A stretch of DNA of 39,908 bases from a virus (lineage: Duplodnaviria > Caudoviricetes): IMG/VR virus record IMGVR_UViG_3300042898_000321, positions 1-39,908 of that record; one strand, given 5' to 3'. Below, one piece after another: positions 34,474 to 39,908 of this stretch. The first letter of the stretch is position 1; each line of letters begins with the position of its first letter. A model generated the notes under the pieces. That model worked only from the letters and a program-made list of their open reading frames with translations. It did not search any database and had not been told where the DNA came from. The position numbers and the translations under genes were made by a program.

Positions 34474-34707
34474 TTAAATTGCTCGGGCCATCTTGATGTG
34501 GATGACGCGCTGCACGACCTTGTGGCGTGAGGTGCCTGCCTTGACTTCGGCCACCGTGTCAAAGCCACGGACGCCACAGCCCTTATCGTCTTCAAAGTCC
34601 CAGCCTTCTTCGAGGGTGACGATGATGCTGTTGCCGATGTCTCGCTCGTCGTCAATGTGAGCGATCCAGTGGCGCGAAGCCAGCAGGTTGTCGAGTGTTT
34701 TGCTCAT
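34474..34707 (-). CDS. Hypothetical protein
   Basis: GGAGG SD before MSKTLDNLL. Confidence 0.7.
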   Translation of the reverse strand: MSKTLDNLLASRHWIAHIDDERDIGNSIIVTLEEGWDFEDDKGCGVRGFDTVAEVKAGTSRHKVVQRVIHIKMARAI

Positions 34708-34719
34708 GCTGACCTCCAA

Positions 34720-35013
34720 TTAACGTGAGGTGGTCTTGACAGAGAACACAGCAGTGATGCTGGTGTTGTCGATGATGATGTCCTCTGGAATGTTGAGGAC
34801 CTTCTGGATGTTTTTCCAGTCAACAACCTTGCGGTTGGCCTCGACCACTGTGGCCTTGAAGAGGTTGCCCTCGACAACCTTGTCGCCACCGGCAGTGGCT
34901 GCATCTTTGATGGCGTCCTTGATGGCGTCAGCTTCTTTGGTCAGCTCTGCGATTTGAGCCAACAGAAAACCCAAGCGGTCGACTTGGGTCAGAGCGATGT
35001 CGTTTGCGTTCAT
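34720..35013 (-). CDS. Hypothetical protein (coiled-coil N-terminus)
   Basis: AGGA SD before MNANDIALTQVDRLG.L.AQIA.L; first gene after promoter copy 3. Confidence 0.75.
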   Translation of the reverse strand: MNANDIALTQVDRLGFLLAQIAELTKEADAIKDAIKDAATAGGDKVVEGNLFKATVVEANRKVVDWKNIQKVLNIPEDIIIDNTSITAVFSVKTTSR

Positions 35014-35023
35014 GATCAGGTTC

Positions 35024-35086
35024 CTTTCAGTTACACAGCTCGTTTTGCTGTAGAAGTATTTGAACACAAAATTCAAGGTTCACAAC
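35024..35086 (-). promoter_or_regulatory. Repeated promoter/operator/leader, copy 3
   Basis: TTGAA-N7-TTCAA at 35060-35076; ACAGC-AAAACGA-GCTGT leader hairpin. Confidence 0.7.
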
Positions 35087-35105
35087 ACCCTTTTGAAAAT
35101 ATTTT

Positions 35106-35381
35106 CTAGGTGGTTTCCCTAATACGCTGGATGGTGACGTTCAGCGCCTTCATCTCATCCATCTTCCGAACATGCCATGCGCGTTTTTGCCCGTGGATTC
35201 CAAGAAGGCTTCCCCTATGACAGTCAGCGCAAAGTGGCATTGAAGTAAACCACTGCCCCTGATTGATCTCGTGGCACTCGCTGGGGCCAGAGGCACCGCA
35301 CACAACGCAATCCATTTCCTTAAGCAGAGCAACATGTCTGCGCTCTGCCGCCGTCATGTTTGGTTTATTTTTACTCTGCAT
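35106..35381 (-). CDS. Small HNH-like zinc-binding nuclease (Ref/DUF968-like)
   Basis: C..CG......HE and PLC..CH.G..GIH. Confidence 0.7.
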   Translation of the reverse strand: MQSKNKPNMTAAERRHVALLKEMDCVVCGASGPSECHEINQGQWFTSMPLCADCHRGSLLGIHGQKRAWHVRKMDEMKALNVTIQRIRETT

Positions 35382-35889
35382 TTAAATGCCTCCAAGTCTT
35401 TCTGTTGATTATTCTTTTTGCGTTGGTTGGACTTAAACCGTATTGCTGAACAGCCTGTTTTGGACTCAAGCCGAGCTTTCTTATTGAGAGAACAATTTCG
35501 TTGCTCAATTTGACGTTGTTAGCCCTCTCTCCGACTTGCCATGTGCCGTGCAGTTTTTTATCTTGATGGTTGCCAGATCTTGTATCCCATCGAAGGTTGT
35601 CAACATTGCAGTTCAATCGGTTGCCGTCGTTATGACAGGCTTCTAACCCATCGGGCCTTACGCCTTTGAAAGCCTCAAGAACAACCTTGTGCAGAAAAAT
35701 TTGTTTTCTTTTTCCGGGGCTAGTCAGGTTAACAACGTAATAACCTCGACTCCCAAGTATTGGATTAACAATCGTTCCCCCCATCCATCTTTTGTTTCTG
35801 CTGTTCTGGCGTGCAAAAGATCTGACTTTGCCATCGGAACTGACCTCATAAAACTTTTCAAAACCCAAAACAGGTTTCCAAATTTCCAT
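35371..35889 (-). CDS. NUMOD4-HNH homing endonuclease
   Basis: EIWKPV.GFE..YEVS..G.VRS; H..V..AF, ACH.DGN..N....NLRW.T...N; AT-richer than its flanks. Confidence 0.9.
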   Translation of the reverse strand: MEIWKPVLGFEKFYEVSSDGKVRSFARQNSRNKRWMGGTIVNPILGSRGYYVVNLTSPGKRKQIFLHKVVLEAFKGVRPDGLEACHNDGNRLNCNVDNLRWDTRSGNHQDKKLHGTWQVGERANNVKLSNEIVLSIRKLGLSPKQAVQQYGLSPTNAKRIINRKTWRHLNAE

Positions 35890-35921
35890 GTTGAACCTCA
35901 CATGATGCGAACCAAGAAGAG

Positions 35922-35971
35922 TGTGGCAGGCAGTGGTTCAATCTGCTTTTCCCCCGCTAAAGGTAGCCACA
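35922..35971 (-). ncRNA. Three-way-junction RNA leader A (C4-like antisense element)
   Basis: TGTGGC-TA-[CCTT TAGC GGGG]-GAAAA-[GCAG ATTGAACCA CTGC]-CT-GCCACA; loop complementary to GGTTCAA at the SD of the HNH gene. Confidence 0.7.
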
Positions 35972-35978
35972 TCAAATT

Positions 35979-36326
35979 CTACAGCGTGGCCTTCTCGACG
36001 TGGCGGTTGCTGGCCTCCTGAGACCGCCAGACCTCGATTCGGGCTTGGGCGGCTATCAGCATCCACCGAAGGCGTTCGCGCTTCTCCACGGCCTGTCTGA
36101 GGGCCTCAAGATGGTCCTTGTACCGCTTGCTGGCGTAGGCCTCGCGCTCTTGCATGGCGGCGGTCTTGTAGTCGCCTTCGGTCTCAGCCGCACGCATCTG
36201 CTCGGCCTTGATCGTCTTGCGCATCTCTTCCATGTAGATCTTGTTGGCCTCGGCCTGCGCGTACTCGCCGGACTGAGCAATCATGTAGTCGACTGCGGCT
36301 TGGGGGTCAATAAGTTTGTCGCTCAT
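35979..36326 (-). CDS. Hypothetical helical protein
   Basis: YAQA.A...Y.EE.RK..KA...QEREAYA...Y and IEVWRS..AS.R. Confidence 0.75.
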   Translation of the reverse strand: MSDKLIDPQAAVDYMIAQSGEYAQAEANKIYMEEMRKTIKAEQMRAAETEGDYKTAAMQEREAYASKRYKDHLEALRQAVEKRERLRWMLIAAQARIEVWRSQEASNRHVEKATL

Positions 36327-36505
36327 TTGGATGCCTGCGCTTTACTGTAGACAGTGAATTGACGGGACTTCTGCATGTGGGTGTTGCGCTTGGCAGCGAC
36401 CGATGCTTTGAACTCCTTGGTGGAGGTCACCTCGCTGGGCTCTTCCCGCCAATTAAAGGCGTTGCCGTAGCTCTTGACAATTTTTGTTCCGGGCCAGTAA
36501 ATCAT
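36323..36505 (-). CDS. Hypothetical protein (60 aa)
   Basis: ATGA overlaps at both ends; WPGT.I.KS.GNAF.W. Confidence 0.65.
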   Translation of the reverse strand: MIYWPGTKIVKSYGNAFNWREEPSEVTSTKEFKASVAAKRNTHMQKSRQFTVYSKAQASK

Positions 36506-36966
36506 GCTGCCATCCTTCTCATTTTTCGTTGGTCAAATTCTTTGTTGACTATGTCAACGGCCTTTTCCATGTCCTTGACGGTAATGACTTCCATTTGGGC
36601 GTCATGCAACTCCATTACGAGATTCAGATGGCTCATCTCATGAGCCTTGAGAATGAAGCGGCCAGTCTTAGCGCCACGCGATCCAACCTCATGCAAGGCA
36701 TCAAGCCCTTGCTGAACAACATCCCCGTAGTCCTCACCGAAACCCAATCGGTACAGAGCCTCGACGACGTTGACCATGTTGATCAAAATGTCCATGTCAG
36801 CACGCATGGCTCGACCCTTTGTCACGACCTCCATGGCTGCGTGGTTTTTGATCTTCAGGTCGATCAGGTAGCTATCGTGCTCCTTGACTGGCTTGAGGCT
36901 CTCCAGCACGTATGCCAAGGGGTTGATCAGCACGCCCTTGGGGCGGTACTTGCTGCGCTTTTTCAT
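36502..36966 (-). CDS. Hypothetical protein (154 aa)
   Basis: GGAGGT SD before MKKRSKYRPKGV; ATGA overlap with rusA. Confidence 0.75.
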   Translation of the reverse strand: MKKRSKYRPKGVLINPLAYVLESLKPVKEHDSYLIDLKIKNHAAMEVVTKGRAMRADMDILINMVNVVEALYRLGFGEDYGDVVQQGLDALHEVGSRGAKTGRFILKAHEMSHLNLVMELHDAQMEVITVKDMEKAVDIVNKEFDQRKMRRMAA

Positions 36967-37313
36967 GCGACCTCCACGATCATCTTCCCGGGCTTTGACC
37001 CGTACTCTCGGTAGATCGTCACGGGCTGAAACTGTCGGTCGTTGATGCCTAGAGCGTCGGCCATGCCGTCCAGCCCAGCCTTGGCTGCAGCAAGGCAGTT
37101 GTCGGTGTCTCTCAAGCGCTTGTCGGGCATCACAAAAGTGATGGTCAGGGCCAAGTTCTGGTCGGTTGGCTTCCAGTCCTTGAGCTGGCCCTTGGTCAAC
37201 CAAGCGCTGTTGTCACGGTACAGCGTCTTGGCCTTGTGCGTCACCGTCCAGTGCGTGCCCTTGGACCTGTTGGGGAACAGGCAGGCTGGAGGAAAGTCAA
37301 GTTCGATCTTCAT
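36963..37313 (-). CDS. rusA: RusA-like Holliday junction resolvase
   Basis: PD.R.RDTDN...A.K..LDG.ADALGIND..F catalytic pattern. Confidence 0.8.
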   Translation of the reverse strand: MKIELDFPPACLFPNRSKGTHWTVTHKAKTLYRDNSAWLTKGQLKDWKPTDQNLALTITFVMPDKRLRDTDNCLAAAKAGLDGMADALGINDRQFQPVTIYREYGSKPGKMIVEVA

Positions 37314-37588
37314 GACTTTATGCGACCTCTGATGGCTTCAGCGGCGTTTTTCAGGGCTGTGCATGTCTCACCCTCATCCTCTTGCGCGGCAAGCTCTGCA
37401 ACGAGATCTGCGCAGGCCTCGTTGGTGATCTTGATGGCCTGCTTGGTGGTCTGGACGGCCACCTGCATGATCTCGGCCTTGCCCAGCGCCAGCGCCTCAT
37501 CGAACTCGGCTTGGGTGAACATGGTGACGTGACCACCACCAGACAGAATTTGTCGAGCCAGTTGGCTCATCTCTTTTTTCTCAGACAT
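37310..37588 (-). CDS. Hypothetical protein
   Basis: GGAG SD; ends EACA........AAEAIR.R. Confidence 0.7.
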   Translation of the reverse strand: MSEKKEMSQLARQILSGGGHVTMFTQAEFDEALALGKAEIMQVAVQTTKQAIKITNEACADLVAELAAQEDEGETCTALKNAAEAIRGRIKS

Positions 37589-37862
37589 TTGCTTTCTCCT
37601 TGTTCATGCGGTTTCGTAAATCAGCGAGGGCTTCTGGCCCCCGTCTCTTAGTGATGTCATCGCAGACTTGCAGCCACCATGATCTGGCGGCTACGGACCC
37701 GACTTCGCCAGTCTTGGTCTTGTGCCGCAAGATCCACTCCCGGGCTTCGCAGTTTTTCAGATGCTCTAAGGTCTCCGGAGACCCAAAGGGATCGTCGTAT
37801 AACGGACGAGGAGACGTAGCCTCCCTCACGGACGGCGTCGAGGTTTTTCTTGGCTTCTTCAT
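37581..37862 (-). CDS. Hypothetical protein
   Basis: CEAREW...I.KRRG..A...L...M; overlaps both neighbours; true start uncertain. Confidence 0.55.
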   Translation of the reverse strand: MKKPRKTSTPSVREATSPRPLYDDPFGSPETLEHLKNCEAREWILRHKTKTGEVGSVAARSWWLQVCDDITKRRGPEALADLRNRMNKEKANV

Positions 37863-37869
37863 ACGTCAT
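37657..37869 (-). CDS. Possible overlapping small protein MTYEEAKKNLDAVREG...
   Basis: GGGG SD-like sequence and a helical phage-like N-terminus ending W.SGDL; nested in another frame of 37581-37862. Confidence 0.4.
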   Translation of the reverse strand: MTYEEAKKNLDAVREGGYVSSSVIRRSLWVSGDLRASEKLRSPGVDLAAQDQDWRSRVRSRQIMVAASLR

Positions 37870-38275
37870 CTGACCCCCGGGCAATGTTGGCCTTGATGTC
37901 CCGCTTCAGCTCGGCCAACTTGGCAAGAGCCTCAGACTTCAGCATCTCGGTGCGGGCCTTCTCGTACTGGGTCGGCTGGCGCTCGATTCGCAGGACAGGC
38001 TTGGTAGGGATGGCGGGGCCATCGTTGCAGGTCTTGCGGAAGGCAATGGCCGAAGGCGGCATGTTGGCCGGGAGGTGGCCCAAGGCGTACTCCAAGGTGG
38101 GCTTGTAGGTCAGGAACTTGCCCAGCTCTTTCTGCCACACCGAGCGCACCAGCTCGGGGTCAACCTGCTCCCAGTGACGGGTGAAGCTGGCCCCATAGAC
38201 GGCGCTCATGTAGCCAAAGATGTAGTCCAGCCCCTCGCTGGGTTCACAGAAGTCAGTTTCCAAGTAATTTGACAT
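37859..38275 (-). CDS. Replication protein P-like (helicase loader) protein
   Basis: IF..M..VYG..F...W...W..EL....AL..L....PP....F...C; directly after the initiator gene; GGAG SD. Confidence 0.55.
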   Translation of the reverse strand: MSNYLETDFCEPSEGLDYIFGYMSAVYGASFTRHWEQVDPELVRSVWQKELGKFLTYKPTLEYALGHLPANMPPSAIAFRKTCNDGPAIPTKPVLRIERQPTQYEKARTEMLKSEALAKLAELKRDIKANIARGSDDV

Positions 38276-38969
38276 TGTTGCCACTCCCTAAAAGTCCACG
38301 AGTCAGGCCGCTGATGACCTTTGCGTTGCGATCCCCTTGGGTCTCGAAGGAACCCCGGGCCTGTTGCTTCTGTGGCTTTGGCTCGTAGACGTCTTGCCAA
38401 GAATTGACGATTGACTGCTCCAAGGCCTTCTGGACGTCGTGACCCTCTTGGCGGAACTTGTCCAGCTTCTTGATGACCAGTTGTGCGGCAAAAGATGTCA
38501 TGGGCTTTTTGATGCCCTTGCGCATGGCCTCGAACTCTCGCCAAGTCTCCAGAGGGAGCCAGTCGGGCAGATCCACAGAAGTCTTGGCTACCTCTTTAGA
38601 AGAAGGTTCATTTACAGGTTTACCTTCCTGTTTACTAGCCAGATTCTGACCCACCCCTCGGTCAGATTCTGACTGACCCTCGGCCAGATTCTGACCCACC
38701 CCCTCAAGATTCAGGTGGTACTGGTTTGGCAGTGAAACACCTTCAATGGCCTTGTGGATGATGCGCAGGTAACCCGCCTCCTCCAAGGCCGCAATGTGAC
38801 CCTTGAGGGTCGACAGACCCATCGAGCACTCTTCTGCCAGCAGCTTGTGGGACGGGTTGCATTGGCCTGTGTGGCTGTTGCAGTGGTTTGCCAGCATCAG
38901 CAGAACCAGCTTCTGGCCTGCGTTCGCGGTCTTCTGGCCTATGGCCCATGTCATCGCTTGGAAGCTCAT
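38253..38969 (-). CDS. Replication initiator (lambda O-like, N-terminal winged HTH)
   Basis: KLVLL.LAN.......C.PS...LA.EC.M..ST....I..LE..GY.; contains iterons; C-terminal LP.WL...W..F...RK; GGAGGT SD. Confidence 0.8.
   Translation of the reverse strand: MSFQAMTWAIGQKTANAGQKLVLLMLANHCNSHTGQCNPSHKLLAEECSMGLSTLKGHIAALEEAGYLRIIHKAIEGVSLPNQYHLNLEGVGQNLAEGQSESDRGVGQNLASKQEGKPVNEPSSKEVAKTSVDLPDWLPLETWREFEAMRKGIKKPMTSFAAQLVIKKLDKFRQEGHDVQKALEQSIVNSWQDVYEPKPQKQQARGSFETQGDRNAKVISGLTRGLLGSGNNVKLLGN
38638..38715. repeat. Iterons of the putative replication origin
   Basis: CAGATTCTGAC cores with AGATT at 38641, 38664, 38686 and a partial copy at 38707 (21-23 bp period), next to an AT-richer tract at ~38590-38636. 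Confidence 0.8.
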
Positions 38970-39385
38970 ACCTCCACCCCCGGAAAACCTAGCCAACATT
39001 CATTTGCTGCAACAACACCAACTGCGTAAAGAGCTTTTTGGGTGTGGATCGTTGGCTCTTCTTTGCTAGATAAAAATCCAGCCATGAGCCAATAAAGATC
39101 ATCCATGCCCCCCGGCATTCCGCTTATGTCAGCACGAGCCAACAGGTCGTGAATTTTCTTGTCGAAGTCATGTCGTGCAGAGTGGCAGCTCTCGCAAAGG
39201 ACCGCAAGTTGATCGTCGTCGTATTCCCAAGGCTCTCGGCCCTGAACATAGTGCTTGTGATGGACGTGAAGTGTCTTCTCTTGTGCGCCGCAACACACAC
39301 AAGCCCACTCCTGAGTCTGCAAAACCTCTAACCGCCTCTTTTGCCAACGAGGGTCGCGCAATTTTTGAGAATAGCTTGTAGCCAT
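38966..39385 (-). CDS. HNH endonuclease-like protein
   Basis: Y...L.DPRWQK.R, C..CG, L.VHH..Y, LC..CH...H. Confidence 0.85.
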   Translation of the reverse strand: MATSYSQKLRDPRWQKRRLEVLQTQEWACVCCGAQEKTLHVHHKHYVQGREPWEYDDDQLAVLCESCHSARHDFDKKIHDLLARADISGMPGGMDDLYWLMAGFLSSKEEPTIHTQKALYAVGVVAANECWLGFPGVEV

Positions 39386-39410
39386 GGTCCCACCTTTTCG
39401 AAAACCACCT

Positions 39411-39485
39411 TGAAAGAAACCAACGGCAGGCGAGGTGGGTACGCTCTTCGGCGGGGTAGCTACTCCCCACCTATCCGGGTTTCAA
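39411..39485 (-). ncRNA. Three-way-junction RNA leader B (C4-like antisense element)
   Basis: GAAACCCGG-ATA-[GGTGGGG AGTAGCTA CCCCGCC]-GAAGA-[GCG TACCCACCT CGC]-CTG-CCG..GGTTTC; loop complementary to the AGGTGGG SD. Confidence 0.7.
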
Positions 39486-39488
39486 AAA

Positions 39489-39518
39489 ATCATATCACCC
39501 AAAAAGATCTGGGCGCAA
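39489..39518 (-). promoter_or_regulatory. Putative promoter TTGCGC-18-TATGAT (extended -10)
   Basis: TGn-TATGAT immediately upstream of leader B. Confidence 0.55.
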
Positions 39519-39695
39519 GTCCTTGCGTGTTACCAGACCTTGCGTGGCGTCCTCAATCGCCCGGGCCAGCACAGGGCTTGGCTTGACCTTCTTGGCGATC
39601 AGCTTGGACATCCACTCAGCAGTGATCCCAAGATGTCGTGCCATCTCAATCTTCGCGCCACGAGGCTCTTCGGAAAAGTACTGTTGCAGGTTCAT
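39495..39695 (-). CDS. Cro/YdaS-like HTH regulator
   Basis: A..LGIT...MS......PS...A.AIE.AT.G.VTR.DLRPD.F. Confidence 0.85.
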   Translation of the reverse strand: MNLQQYFSEEPRGAKIEMARHLGITAEWMSKLIAKKVKPSPVLARAIEDATQGLVTRKDLRPDLFG

Positions 39696-39702
39696 GCCGA
39701 GG

Positions 39703-39785
39703 ATTGTACTTTGAATTGACAATTCAACAAGACCCCACAAAATACTCCAGTATTCTTGTACACGAAGTTCAAGTTGTGGTGTAAT
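39703..39785. promoter_or_regulatory. Divergent promoter region with two operators
   Basis: Leftward -10 TACAAT at 39703-39708; TTGAA-N7-TTCAA at 39711-39727; TTGTA-N7-TTCAA at 39756-39772; rightward TGTAAT. Confidence 0.65.
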
Positions 39786-39823
39786 GCAGCTACGCCATGT
39801 GGCGTGTCACTCGAAAGCAAATC

Positions 39824-39908
39824 ATGAAAGACAAGCACTTCAGCCGGTGTACCCCGTACACCACCAAGACCGGTCTGCAGATCGGCATCGCCTACACCCA
39901 ACCCCTGC
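39824..39908 (+). CDS. Partial hypothetical protein, first gene of the divergent operon
   Basis: MKDKHFSRCTPYTTKTGLQIGIAYTQPL..., after a GAAAG SD like that of the repeated leaders. Confidence 0.55.
   Translation, partial: MKDKHFSRCTPYTTKTGLQIGIAYTQPL

Noticed and set aside
35371-35978. Group I intron around the NUMOD4-HNH gene
   Set aside because: Flanking genes appear intact and the ~90-nt non-coding part is too short for a ribozyme core; treated as a free-standing endonuclease
38638-38715. Short regularly spaced repeats as a mini CRISPR array
   Set aside because: Period of only 21-23 bp, no unique spacers, inside the initiator CDS, no cas genes; these are iterons
1-39908. Alternative genetic code or stop-codon readthrough
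   Set aside because: Terminase, portal, capsid and tail genes are full-length in the standard code with normal coupling

Overview
This is a fragment of a tailed dsDNA phage genome, GC-rich by eye, with almost all genes on the minus strand. No tape-measure gene, integrase or CI repressor is visible in the window, so it looks podovirus-like; a proteobacterial host is an inference. Reading right to left: a Cro-like regulator, an HNH gene, a lambda O/P-like replication pair with iterons, RusA, a NUMOD4-HNH gene and many small accessory genes. Then come a ~270-nt cluster of tRNA and tRNA-like RNAs, TerS, TerL, two large putative injected 'polyvalent' proteins, portal, GroES, scaffold and major capsid. 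The left end holds head/neck proteins, a tail fibre with an S74 chaperone, a Gly-rich adhesin and an embedded lysis cassette. The most notable observations are: (1) a recurrent [hydrophobic]-[A/K]-x-G-G motif marking module boundaries in a 1330-aa effector protein (metallopeptidase, SH3-like, ADP-ribosyltransferase, unknown domain), with about 10 copies in a capsid-linked protein and one in the scaffold, suggesting a polyprotein-processing or virion-cargo addressing system; (2) two homologous three-way-junction RNA leaders, each before an HNH gene, whose variable loop is complementary to that gene's own ribosome-binding site; (3) an array of atypical tRNA-like RNAs, one with a D-loop/T-loop kissing interaction; (4) a TTGAA-N7-TTCAA operator regulon. 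All calls come from reading the sequence; no database searches were run.
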